64,000 bases of DNA from Hormiphora californensis (lineage: Eukaryota; Animalia; Ctenophora), in assembly GCA_020137815.1 (NCBI GenBank), contig CM035357.1, forward strand, positions 372,001 to 436,000, read 5' to 3'. The translations under genes were made by a program, and so were the position numbers. Position 1 is the stretch's first letter, and every line of letters starts with the position of its first letter. The notes below the pieces were generated by a model. It did no database searches, was not told the DNA's origin, and saw nothing but the letters and a program-made list of their open reading frames with translations. Positions 49,303 through 61,379 of the stretch are shown piece after piece.

Positions 49303-50040
49303 TATGATGTATAAATTCGATTTTATTTAGCTTCAATTCTGATTGTATAATACATGTTTTTTCGGCTTTCAAGGGAATACCCTATCTATATTTAACGAAA
49401 ATCGCCCAGCCCACTTTGGAAAATAATTCCGCAATTAACCCATGGCAATTATTTTGGTGACATGGACACATGTGAGACATCGAATCAAATCAAATTTTTT
49501 CGAAGGTTGTTCGCTAAGAGGGGTCTGCAGCGTATGCCAATGTTGCTTTTTTTTTAAAAGGTAAAAAAAACGAAGGCTACCGTCAGTACTGTCGAGACTG
49601 GTGATGATCTTACATTGATTGGTTTCTAGTACGGCTGCTGCATACCAAAATTAATGTGTCTATCAATGTGTCAGTATTGGCCGTTAAAAGCTTCTAAACT
49701 ATCAGGTACCCTTTATCGTTGACCCACCCACGAAGAGAGCATTGGTCAATCTTTCAACTTTCATTAGGAAACCCACGAAGCTAGGAGAGCATGGTCAGGA
49801 TTTAGTAACTTGTCTCGACTTTCCTATGTCCTAATGTCCTATAGGACATTATAATTACAATCAGGTATTAGGACCTTTTATCGCTGACCCCCACGAAGAG
49901 AGGAGAGCATTGGTCAACAAGCATTGGCTGACAAGTGCCAATTTGATAACCTGTCTCGACTCTCCTATGTCCTATTGTCCTATATTGTAAGAGGAAATAA
50001 TTATAAAACCAGTCGAGACAAGTTATTATTATATTTGGAG

Positions 50041-53027
50041 TTTTTTTTTTTTTTTTTTTTTGGGGCATTAAGCTAAGGCGTACCAAGTCTCATACCACCC
50101 GGGTATAGACGGCATAGCCTGGAACCCTCCGTACGAACTCCCTTGTAATTCAAGGGAGAGCAGTGCACATTGGAGGGCCCTACGCTTGTCATTGTGTCTG
50201 TCTTGGTCTGTCTTTGTAGGGTTAGAACACTGCCTACTTTTCCCCACGATAATTGCAGTGTTGGCAGACGGCCGCACTCTTTGCGTTACCGGCACAACTC
50301 GCTCTGCTCGTTGGTACTAGGTATTAGGTGGCTAACCAAAGAGTAGAATTGAAGGTATAAACAACATCATAAATGAGTGAATGAAGGTATCGTTTTGCCT
50401 TTGAGAGTTTCTTGAGTTTAGTTTGGTCTGGAACAAGGTATCGTTTTGCCTTTGAGAGTGACATGTGGTTGGTTTGGTCTGGAACAAGGTATCTTTTTGC
50501 CTTTGAGAGTGTCTTGAGTTTAGTTTGGTCTGGAACTAGGTAACGTTTTGCCTTTGAGAATGTCTTGAGTTTGGGTCTGGAATCCCGATGTTTACCGTGT
50601 TTTGAATAGTCAATTACATTCATAATATAAACTTTACACAATCTGTGAACAGACAATACGGACAGGTGAACTTACAGAATTTTGATGAATGATTGGTACC
50701 GTGATGTTGTTGATGATGAGATGAGAGGTGTATGCATTTCCAGTGGAGATGAAGATAAACAAAAACGATTAAACACAGATAAGGGGTAGGACTGAATGTA
50801 GCACCAATGGACTGTAAAATGTTCTAGAATACTATGTGGATGGGACAGATAAGAACATTTGTTAGTTGTTACACGCGATAAGCGACTTAGTGCACCAAAA
50901 CACAAGGATTGTCTCTGTAGTGTGGTGTTTAGCAATGTCCGCTATATTGGGAGAGGTGGGTGGGGGAGGGCGGGTGGGGGTGGGGCGGTGGGTAATATTG
51001 ACCAAGAATGTAGCTGTAATTTAGTGATGAGACTAGGCCAGGCCCGAGAGACAGTTCAGTGGTAACTGGGAGGTCATGTGTGATGGAAATCAGAACTAGA
51101 GACATATTTGAGTTGTATTTTACTGAGGAAAACAGCCCTTTTTGGTGTATGAGACAAGCAAAAGTGAAACGAAATGCAACGTAACGAACGAGTAATGAAT
51201 AGAATTCTGCTCTGTGACTTGTTAGTGCTCCTTTATAAAACACGCAATGGCAAAGTACAAAGTTTCCCAAATTTAATTTAATGCGAAATTCCAAAGTTTT
51301 GGTCGATTTTGGTCTATTTTGCTGCCCTAAACTAACTATTGGACTGTGTGTTGCCGGAAAGACTGCTCTCTGGGGACTGAGAGATCATATTGTTCTCGAA
51401 TATTGGTATTTGAGGCGGATTTAAGTCACATTTTAGTGAGGGGAAGAGCTAATATTGACCAAGAATGTAGCTGTAATTTAGTGATGAGACTAGGCCAGGC
51501 CCGAGAGACAGTTCAGTGGTAACTGGGAGGTCATGTGTGATGGAAATGAGAACTAGAGCCATATTTGAGTTGTATTTTAATGAGGAAAACAGCCCTTTTT
51601 GGTGTATGAGACAAGCAAAAGTGAAACGAAATGCAACGTAACGAACGAGTAATGAATAGAATTCTGCTCTGTGACTTGTTAGTGCTCCTTTATAAAACAC
51701 GCAATGGCAAAGTACAAAGTTTCCCAAATTTAATTTAATGCGAAATTCCAAAGTTTTGGTCGATTTTGGTCTATTTTGCTGCCCTAAACTAACTATTGGA
51801 CTGTGTGTTGCCGGAGAGACTGCTCTCTGGGGACTGAGAGATCATATTGTTCTCGAATATTGGTATTTGAGGCGGATTTAAGTCACATTTTAGTGAGGGG
51901 AAGAGCTAATATTGGCCAAGAATGTAGCTGTAATTTAGTGATGAGACTAGGCCAGGCCCGAGAGACAGTTCAGTGGTAACTGGGAGGTCATGTGTGATGG
52001 AAATGAGAACTAGAGACATATTTGAGTTGTATTTTAATGAGGAAAACAGCCCTTTTTGGTGTATGAGACAAGCAAAAGTGAAACGAAATGCAACGTAACA
52101 AACGAGTAATGAATAGAATTCTGCTCTGTGACTTGTTAGTGCTCCTTTATAAAACACGCAATGGCAAAGTACAAAGTTTCCCAAATTTAATTTAATGCGA
52201 AATTCCAAAGTTTTGGTCGATTTTGGTCTATTTTGCTGCCCTAAACTAACTATTGGACTGTGTGTTGCCGGAGAGACTGCTCTCTGGGGACTGAGAGATC
52301 ATATTGTTCTCGAATATTGGTATTTGAGGCGGATTTAAGTCACATTTTAGTGAGGGGAAGAGCTAATATTGGCCAAGAATGTAGCTGTAATTTAGTGATG
52401 AGACTAGGCCAGGCCCGAGAGACAGTTCAGTGGTAACTGGGAGGTCATGTGTGATGGAAATGAGAACTAGAGACATATTTGAGTTGTATTTTAATGAGGA
52501 AAACAGCCCTTTTTGGTGTATGAGACAAGCAAAAGTGAAACGAAATGCAACGTAACGAACGAGTAATGAATAGAATTCTGCTCTGTGACTTGTTAGTGCT
52601 CCTTTATAAAACACGCAATGGCAAAGTACAAAGTTTCCCAAATTTAATTTAATGCGAAATTCCAAAGTTTTGGTCGATTTTGGTCTATTTTGCTGCCCTA
52701 AACTAACTATTGGACTGTGTGTTGCCGGAGAGACTGCTCTCTGGGGACTGAGAGATCATATTGTTCTCGAATATTGGTATTTGAGGCGGATTTAAGTCAC
52801 ATTTTAGTGAGGGGAAGAGCTAATATTGACCAAGAATGTAGCTGTAATTTAGTGATGAGACTAGGCCAGGCCCGAGAGACAGTTCAGTGGTAACTGGGAG
52901 GTCATGTGTGATGGAAATGAGAACTAGAGACATATTTGAGTTGTATTTTAATGAGGAAAACAGCCCTTTTTGGTGTATGAGACAAGCAAAAGTGAAACGA
53001 AATGCAACGTAACGAACGAGTAATGAA
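50041..53027 (-). mobile_element. Poly(A)-tailed non-coding retroposed insertion with ~174-bp flanking duplication
   Basis: T21 at 50041-50061; identical flanks 49869-50042 and 53028-53201; 5' end truncated mid-repeat. Confidence 0.8.
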
Positions 53028-53030
53028 TAG
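50993..53030. repeat. 457-bp tandem repeat, ~4.5 near-identical copies
   Basis: Units start at 50993, 51450, 51907, 52364 and 52821. Confidence 0.97.
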
Positions 53031-53738
53031 GACCTTTTATCGCTGACCCCCACGAAGAGAGGAGAGCATTGGTCAACAAGCATTGGCTGACAAGTGCCAA
53101 TTTGATAACCTGTCTCGACTCTCCTATGTCCTATTGTCCTATATTGTAAGAGGAAATAATTATAAAACCAGTCGAGACAAGTTATTATTATATTTGGAGT
53201 TATTAATAAGTAAAAGTTACTGGTTTAATTGGGTCGAGGTGACTGAGCCGTCGAACGGGGAAATCGACTTCATGATCATTAATCCAGAGTTTCTGAGTTT
53301 AAAATACAGTATAAAACAGCCGATAGTTGATAAACGGGACAAATGAACTTTTAATCAAATACAATCACATAAACTGAATGACAAATAAGATATGACATAT
53401 TCTCGACATACCACTTTTAATTAATATGTCGTGATTACTGTTTAATAGCCCAACTGGTCATTCCGAAAAATCAGATACAAACACATTAATGTGCCGCACT
53501 GTATATGAGTTACTCCAACCCTCCAGTTTCAATGCTTGTTTAACGAAGGAAGTAACCAAGCGATCCACTGGATTCGATATATCTAGGCGCATATCATATT
53601 CCCACAGTACTGATGTATTAGCACTATCTTTATATCGGATATCTCGAACAGCAACAATCCTTGTGTTTAAACAGGGTTCTTGCTTTCTAACCAGTTAGGC
53701 GTATTAAACAGGGCACATGTTATCTGCAGCGCTCACAT

Positions 53739-54133
53739 ATCATGATAATGAACTACATTAACCGTAGTATTATGCACTATGCTGCAGGGACATCACACAC
53801 ACACACACACACATCACCCACACACATGATATTGTATATATGTCGTGATTACTGTTTAATAGCCCAACTGGTCATTCCGAAAAATCAGATTTTTCGGAAT
53901 GACCAGTTGGGCTATTAAACAGTAATCACGACATATTAATTGAATTCGTGATCCTCGGATCAACTGCACGAAATCAGTGATGGCACCTCGTACCGTTGAA
54001 CGGTCGATTGATTCAATAACCTGTTGTTCAGGCTTGATCAATATCATGTGTGTGGGTGATGTGTGTGTGTGTGTGTGATGTCCCTGCAGCATAGTGCATA
54101 ATACTACGGTTAATGTAGTTCATTATCATGATA
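53739..54133. repeat. Nested inverted duplication
   Basis: 53739-53832 is inverted at 54040-54133; internal ~100-bp palindrome 53838-53936 whose left arm also occurs at 53424-53476. Confidence 0.85.
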
Positions 54134-54812
54134 CCACTTTTATTTAAAATAATTATAATTAAAGCATATGGCCCATCTTTACCTAGAGTTTCTGTAATCT
54201 GTATGATTTACAACTTATTACCGTCTTGGGAATTGAGCCAAACACTTTGTCCTTCAGATATTATCCTGGCTAGCACATTTTCATGGTTTTACCTCGCCAG
54301 ATAGTCCCACTTCCAGTGTATTTTATATTGAACCTCCAGTAAGGGCTCTCTCAGAGCACTGGCTTCTCTTGTTTTAAAAATCGTCGAAAAAGCTCTCACA
54401 AAAAGAAGAAAACACATGGCTCCAAATAGTCTCCACTAGACAGTACGTACAACATGTACAAAACAGACAGATAGTACACATGTACATCTGCAGCATCTAC
54501 CATGTACAAAAAACAGCATGGGATATTCATAGTTCTGAACAGCCAGCTGAGACCTCAGGTCTCAGAGATGAACACTAAACAGTCGCGTGACTGAACTTGA
54601 GGTTCAGTTACGATCTGTTTTACAACAAGGCGCTATTTACCGCAGATCAGCTCTCTTTACACATTGGCAAAAAAATATTAAAAATATAAAGTCACGTACG
54701 CACGTTCCTTGATCTGTTCGACAGAATTACTCGGCAGAATTACTTGAACTAGCTTTACTTGAATTACTTGAGTTAGCTTGAACAAATATATATGTTTTGT
54801 GTTCCGCATATA

Positions 54813-55458
54813 TCAGATGAGTCCCTGAAGCCCCCAGTACGTTGACAACAAGATAAGAGCACCCTGTAACCACCAACCAGTACCAACTATCCTGGAGGCC
54901 CCATTGACATACTCAGGCATCTCACCATTACACAGGTCCACATAGCACGGCACATTATAGGCACATTCCCCCAGCTCACTATTCAGGGAATATTTAGAAC
55001 TCTCTGTCATGAGGGATTTAGTAAGGATGGGAATCACACTGTCACATGCAGCGTGGGCGTAGGCACATGACTTCCAGCGGAGTTCGAATTTAACTGTGTT
55101 GATGATGTATTGGGTGCGGAATGAAAAGCAGGCATCGTTCTCATCCCCTGAACACTGTTCTGTGATGTTTTCTTGATTACAATCTGAATAGAGAGGGGAT
55201 GTTGTTAGACACGGTTTATTGATTTAAATAGACAGCTGAGTTTTTATTACGATACTAGAGCCAGATTTGTAACTGTTATTGTTGAAAAATAGTATTTCTA
55301 GTTTACCGGATTTATGTACCTATTCGATCGCTGAGTAGTCCAACAGATTCGGGTACTCTAGTTCCGTTCAGATAGGTGAAATCCATGCATTTGTGGCACT
55401 CGAGAGCAGAGGTTGTGTTGAGACAAAGGATGAGTAACAAACCCACAACCGTCCACAT
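54813..55458 (-). CDS. Ly6/uPAR (three-finger, quiver-like) GPI-anchored protein, 169 aa; exons 55458-55320 and 55183-54813
   Basis: Signal peptide MWTVVGLLLILCLNTTSA, then LECHKC; 10 Cys in the mature domain ending CYVDLCN; hydrophobic C-terminal GPI signal; phase-1 GT-AG intron. Confidence 0.88.
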
Positions 55459-56245
55459 AATTACATAGAGCTGTCAAGTGGATTATAATTATATAGAGCT
55501 GTTGTTGAAAAGAAATTAAGAGGAAAATAAAAGACTGGAAAGAAGAAGGGGCAATTATAAAAGACCGGAGCTAATGCACGTAAGGCTAGAGTTTTAATTG
55601 ATGCGTTAATAAAGTGTAAAGACAAAATTAATAGGGCCCGGAAATCAGACAGCCACTAAATAACATACAAAATTAATTTTATCAACTACAACCAATCATT
55701 GACAAATCCACTATGTGTCATAAACAATAAGTTATTGGTCCCCGTGTGTATTATAGGACCCCTACAACAGGCTTCACGCCCATGGCAACTTGTTGAGTAA
55801 GGGCAACAGCTTTTATAAAATCAAATCAAAGGCATGATGCTGATGGAAATCTACTACTTCGCTCCGACGCTGTCAGAGCATTGGTCTGACAGTACGGACG
55901 TACAGGACAAAAGAAAATATATTTGATTTTTGAATAACTATCTTCATAATGCACATACTGCGGAATATGATAACACAATGGAGAGGTCAATAAGATCAAT
56001 GAGAAAAGGGTCAATATGGTCAATAAGATCAATAAGAAAAGGGTCAATATGCTCTGACAGGCGAAGAGAGCTACATAGTACAGTACTGTCGAGCAATAAA
56101 AGGATCACAGTGATAAAGGATCTCGCTGTGAGTTACGTGATCTGCTCACATACAGTACGGGATGTCAGAACCGCGCTATATAAACTAGTTTTGATACGTG
56201 AAGGTTACTGGAAGAAAATCGAAATGGAAATGGATCAATTCAGTT

Positions 56246-56850
56246 TATTATAATTTGGAGATGTCGCGTCGAAGTGATGGTCGTTCGTTCAGCGGTATCT
56301 AAGCGACAGTGCTCCTTCATAAAACACTTTATGTGCCCAAAGCTGTAAAGCTGTTGCTCACACTTTTGGAACTTCCAGTGGAAGTTTATCAATATTTTCG
56401 AATGACTTTTAACATGTCAGTCCACATAGTTACCAATTCAGTTGCCATGGCAACAGTGTTATTGACGTTGAAAGGGCGAAAAGAAGCCGGGTGGGTTATC
56501 AAAAGGCCTTACTTGAAGCGCACCCAATGGGTGCGCTAGTCTCTATTATAATTTGGAGATGAACGTCGAAGTCGAAGTCGTTCGTTAGGCGGTATCTAAG
56601 CGACAGACTGCTCCTTCATAAAACACTTTATGTGATCAAAGCTGTAAAGCTGTTACTCACACTTTTGGAACTTCCAGTGAAAGTTTGTCAATATTTTCGA
56701 ATGACTTTTAACATGCCAGTCCCCATAGTTACCAATTCAGTTGCCATGGCAACCGTGTTATTGACGTTAAAAGGGGCGAAAAGAACCACCCGGCGAAGCC
56801 GGGTGGGTTATCAAAAAGCCCTTACTTGAGGCGCACCCAATGGGTAGTAG
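56246..56850 (+). mobile_element. Two head-to-tail copies of a ~300-bp non-autonomous Helitron
   Basis: Junction gcgcacccaatgggtgcg-CTAG|TCtctattataat at 56539/56540; same family as 60118-60433 and 61105-61379. Confidence 0.75.
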
Positions 56851-57893
56851 TAGTACCATAAAATACAAACAGTACGTTTCCAGCTAGGCTATCTTCCAAG
56901 CACTTTCAATCTAGGCTTGAGTAGAGGGAAGTATAGATCACGTACGAGCTTCTTTTACTATTCTTAGAACCGGGTTGTTGAGTAACATGAAGATGGGGAA
57001 AATAATGGGATACAATACTTTCTTCCCATACTGCAGCCGAGCAACCATTCACGTTTCAATTTCATACCTCTCTCAATCAATCTCTCTCACTCTCCCTCTC
57101 TCTTACTCTCTATCGCTCTCCCATTTACCTTGCTTATATCTATATACTAACTGGGTTGATGAGTAGCAACTAGAATGGACTGGAAAAAACAACAAGGGAA
57201 TCTTCTTCCGCTATATTGGCCAACTACATAAGCCCGATTGGCCAACTACATAAGCCCGAATCTGCCATTGGCGGTTCAGTTGCGGTATCAATACTTTGAT
57301 CTAAATTCCACCGAATACTAACCTAACTTTGTTTTAGTTACTCAAACCTTTTCTCTCCGTTGCTTTATATGTACCCAACTCCAACTTTCTCTCCCATGGC
57401 TCACTGTAAATTTATCTGTGTTCCACTATCTTGATATTATGCTGTCTACCCCTCCCTCTCCCACTCCCCCAAAGTTCACTTTAAACAGGGGGCAATCTCT
57501 GTGATTGAATCCAGTTTACATCCTTTCCAACAAAACATGTCTCCCCCTCCCGACCCCCCCCTCTTGTACTAGAACGGTGTGGTATACAGGATCATCACCA
57601 AATATATTATATATTATAGGTGCTGCCCTTATAGCTTGTCGTTCTAGAAGTCTATAGCATTTTCCTCCAAATTTTAACTACTCATCTCACCAGATCTCAC
57701 CACTATGGATAATTCTTCCCAAAAAAGCTCAACCACGGATACAGAATCACCCTGTATGACATATAAGAAGGAAAGTAATATAAGCATTATTTTCCTTCTT
57801 CTCTAGAAACTTCTCCGTTGCTATTGCTCTCAGCTAGATTTTGTTTTTTACCCAAGATTGGTTAAATTTTAGTTTCCAAAATACTGATCCTCA

Positions 57894-58877
57894 ATGTACA
57901 GAGTCATGAACGGATCAGAGTTCTATCTCCCGACGATGGTATCTATTCCCCTGGCGATTAGCAACTTTGTCGTTGCCTTCGTCGCCATCACTGGTAACGG
58001 CCTCGTCCTCTATTCCTCTCTCCGATATAATGCCATTCAAATTGATGAAATATCACTGGAGCTGCTTAGGAACCTCGCATTGGCTGACGTGTTGTATGCT
58101 ATCTGTACTATTCTCCCCTACTTCATCACCCTGTCCGTCCGAGAGTGGGTGCTTGGCCCGGTTTACTGCCTTATCCAGGGTAGAATCTCCTACATCCCGT
58201 GTTCAGTAAACGCCCTTACCGTCCTCTCTATATCGGCATACCGACTGAAACTCATCATTTCCCACCACATCTCTCTGAGGACAGTTAGGGTGGTGATTGC
58301 CATGATCTGGATGTTTACTATCTCTATCGGTGTCATAGGGCATATCTACCAACTGGGGGCATTCTTCAACCCTTATATCGGGGCGTGTATGAGTGATGTC
58401 GGGGCGACATCCATCCTGATGTTCTATCTAATTGTCATCGTGTGTATTCCTCTCGCAGGAATTCTATCTATCAATCTGGTTCTGCTGGGGGTAGCGATGC
58501 GGGAATACCACTCTATTAACAGCCGAGTCAACTTCAAAGCATTGTTCGTCATCATGGCCCTATCAGGGTCATTCGTGTTGAGCTGGGGACCCTATCTTGT
58601 CTTTACCTTCACATCAATGGCATCGCCTGATATCCCTCCGAGCACGGAGCTGATCATTTTCAATATATACAATCTGGACGTCTTTTGGAATCCCCTCCTT
58701 TACACGGTAACCAACAAACGCTTTGGGAGATATGTCCATGGCTTGATCTGTGGTGTGTTTGGATCTGGGAGTGGATCGGATGGGCAAGGTGTTTCTGATC
58801 GGAACGGAAATCGGCAAGGAAGTATTCCTACTCCGGTCAGTGATAAAGGAGCTACCACCAATGTGTCCAGTGTGTGA
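57894..58877 (+). CDS. Intronless rhodopsin-like (class A) GPCR, paralog of 30265-31347
   Basis: GN, NLALAD, WVLGPVYC, AYR, SWGP, NPLLY; shares VSIPL and TN(R/K).F motifs with the paralog. Confidence 0.93.
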   Translation: MYRVMNGSEFYLPTMVSIPLAISNFVVAFVAITGNGLVLYSSLRYNAIQIDEISLELLRNLALADVLYAICTILPYFITLSVREWVLGPVYCLIQGRISYIPCSVNALTVLSISAYRLKLIISHHISLRTVRVVIAMIWMFTISIGVIGHIYQLGAFFNPYIGACMSDVGATSILMFYLIVIVCIPLAGILSINLVLLGVAMREYHSINSRVNFKALFVIMALSGSFVLSWGPYLVFTFTSMASPDIPPSTELIIFNIYNLDVFWNPLLYTVTNKRFGRYVHGLICGVFGSGSGSDGQGVSDRNGNRQGSIPTPVSDKGATTNVSSV

Positions 58878-59099
58878 ACTGTGTGTGAACTGTGTGAACT
58901 GTGTGAACTGTGTGTGAACTGTGTGAACTGTGTGAACTGTGTGTGAACTGTGTGAACTGTGTGAACTGTGTGTGAACTGTGTGAACTGTGTGAACTGTGT
59001 GTGAACTGTGTGAACTGTGTGTGAACTGTGTGAACTGTGTGAACTGTGTGTGAACTGTGTGAACTGTGTGTGAACTGTGTGAACTGTGTGAACTGTGTG
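58870..59099. repeat. (GTGTGAACT / GTGTGTGAACT)n minisatellite starting across the GPCR stop codon
   Basis: 9- and 11-bp units, each containing the GTG-TGA end of the CDS. Confidence 0.97.
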
Positions 59100-59222
59100 C
59101 AGATGGAGTTGTAAATAAATCCCACAAATGAACAACAAGGATCCGGATAACTTGACACTGTTGAAGGAAAATGAAACTACTGTAAAAAGAGGGATACATG
59201 AACATTGAAAACGGTAGAATAT

Positions 59223-59725
59223 ATATCACTGCGCTGGCAAGCGCAAAGGTGGCCATCCCCTCCCCCCAGCCGCGCGTGCCAGAGTGCAGTAATAACTTTT
59301 TTCACTTTTTAGCCAAAAATGGCATTTTGCGACGCCCATAGGGAGGGCCCCACTGGACCAATCAGTCTGAAATTTGGTATACAGTGTCACAAAGTCTAGA
59401 TCTACTGTAGTTTAAAAGGGAAAGTCTCTATCTCTTTTGGTTTTAGAGATATGGCATCGTGAAAAAAGCAATAAGTGTCCCGGGTCTATCTATCTATCTA
59501 TCACTGCACTGGCAAGCGCAAAGGTGACCATCCCCTCCCCCCAGCCGCGCGTGCCAGAGTGCAGTAATAACTTTTTTCAGTTTTTAGCCAAAAATGGCAT
59601 TTTGCGACGCCCATAGGGAGGCCCCCACTGCACCGATCGGTCTGTTTAAAAGAACAAGTCTCTATCTCTTTTAGTTTTAGAGATATGGTATCGTGAAAAA
59701 AGCAATAAATGTCCCGGGTCTATGT
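59223..59725. repeat. Two tandem copies of a ~230-275-bp repeat
   Basis: tatcactgc.ctggcaagcgcaaaggtg...gtcccgggtcta twice; the second copy has an internal deletion. Confidence 0.85.
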
Positions 59726-59787
59726 ATCGGAACAAGATTTTTAATATCTTCTCTGGCTGCTAATCTCACTTTCTCTCTCACACAATA

Positions 59788-59852
59788 GGTAGAGCAATGG
59801 ACGCGAAACCCAGAGGTTGTCGGTTCGAGCCCGGCCCTCGCCAGATATTTTT
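59788..59852 (+). mobile_element. tRNA-derived SINE head fragment
   Basis: ggtagagca...GGTTCGAGCCC (B box)...cca followed by a T run; 5' acceptor half missing. Confidence 0.55.
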
Positions 59853-60117
59853 CTAATTTTCCTCCCTATTTAATCCTGAACAGATCTCATTCATTGAGGT
59901 TTATGTATCTATGGATAGACGCTGTTTTTACCAAAGTTGTCTAATTGTTCTTCTCATATGGATGAATCAACTGATGAGTCAGATCTGTCAGATTGATATA
60001 TTTTTGGCGTAGAGTTATAGAAGTGTTACAGAGACTACATAATTTAAAAAATGACTTTTGTCAGCTGTAACTATTTATCCCTGCAAATGTGCGTTTAATT
60101 CTTGTATTTATTCATTA

Positions 60118-60433
60118 CTAGCGCACCCATTGGGTGCGCCTCAAGTATAAAGGGCATTTTGATAACCCACCCGGCTTCGCCGTGTGGCTCATTTCGCCAC
60201 TTTCAACGTCAATAACACGGTTGCCATGGCAACTGAATTGGTAACTATGGTGACTGGCATGTTAAAAGTCATTCGAAAATATTAACAAACTTCCTCTGGA
60301 AGTTCCAAAAGTGTGAGCAACAGCTTTACAGCTTTGGGCCTATAAAGTGTTTTATGAAGGAGCAGACTGTCGCTTAGATACCGCCTAACGAACGACCATC
60401 ACTTCGACGTTCATCTCCAAATTATAATAGAGA
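60118..60433 (-). mobile_element. Complete non-autonomous Helitron (316 bp)
   Basis: A|TC 5' end, 3' hairpin then CTAG|T, no TSD. Confidence 0.8.
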
Positions 60434-60439
60434 TTTTTT

Positions 60440-60950
60440 CCCTGCCCGGGTGAATGCCCGAAGGGCATTCACCCGGGATGATGTTTTTAGCATGCACGTG
60501 CTAAAAAGATCATTCAGGGTTTAGAAATCAGCAGATCGTGTAGTTAACTAAAAGTGTCCGTCCGTCTGTCCACCGTTACACATAGTAACAAAGTCTGCTC
60601 CTTCATAAAACTTTCATCTCACGCTTCGTTGATTCAACAAAGTAAATGATTAACATACATTGTGGTGCGCAATTACTCGCTGATAGCACTTCTCACTACC
60701 ACCTGAAATCACTTTGGGCACCCTACAGCCATGCTATGAAGTGGAAGAACGTCTTCCAAGCATGAAACTACTGTCACACTAGTGACTCGAGTTGAGATGC
60801 GGTTAAAGTTGAAGCACTTGGTAACCGACTGGGGTCTCCTAAGCAACTGCCTTGGTTGCCACTTGCCATATCAACTGTTTTGATTACCATAGCAACTGCT
60901 TTGGTTACCATAGCAACTTACTTAGTTACCTTAGTAACCAACATCGCATC
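60440..60950. repeat. Interspersed repeat, inverted copy of ~11500-11965
   Basis: Shared tttttagcacgtgc.tgctaaaaaga palindrome, gtccgtccgt and ttaccatagcaac motifs; GC hairpin cccgggtgaatgcccgaagggcattcacccggg at its start. Confidence 0.75.
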
Positions 60951-61104
60951 ATCCAAAAAAATGCTCTTTGAGCAAAAAATTCATCAGGAAATCCAGTTTT
61001 GAAGCTTATTTATCAATTTTAAATCCATTTGCGGCAGGGAAACACCGCATTATGAATACATAATGCAATAATTCTTGTTGAGAGAAAACGACATAAGATA
61101 GACA

Positions 61105-61379
61105 CTTCTCGAAGTCGTTCGTTCAGCGGTATCTAAGCGACAGACTGCTCCTTCATAAAACATTTCATGTACCCAAAGCTGTAAAGCTGCCATTTACACT
61201 TTTGGAACTTCCAGTGGACGTTTATTAATATTTTCGAATGCCTTTTAACATGCCAGTCCCCATAGTTACCAACTCAGTTGCCATGGCAACCGTGTTGAAA
61301 GGGGCGAAAAGAACCACCAGGCGAAGCCGGGTGGGTTATCAAGATGCCCTTACTTGAGCGCACCCAATGGGTGCGCTAG
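61105..61379 (+). mobile_element. 5'-truncated copy of the same Helitron family
   Basis: Collinear with 56540-56845; ends gcgcacccaatgggtgcgCTAG|T. Confidence 0.75.

Noticed and set aside
50993-53030. 457-bp array as a CRISPR array, a tandem gene family (repeated MEFRIKLNLG ORF) or an SL RNA cluster
   Set aside because: No unique spacers; the ORFs start at non-ATG codons and have no recognisable motif; no convincing leader-GT plus Sm-site arrangement seen.
59788-59852. Functional tRNA gene
   Set aside because: Acceptor stem and D-arm 5' half are missing; better explained as a SINE relic.
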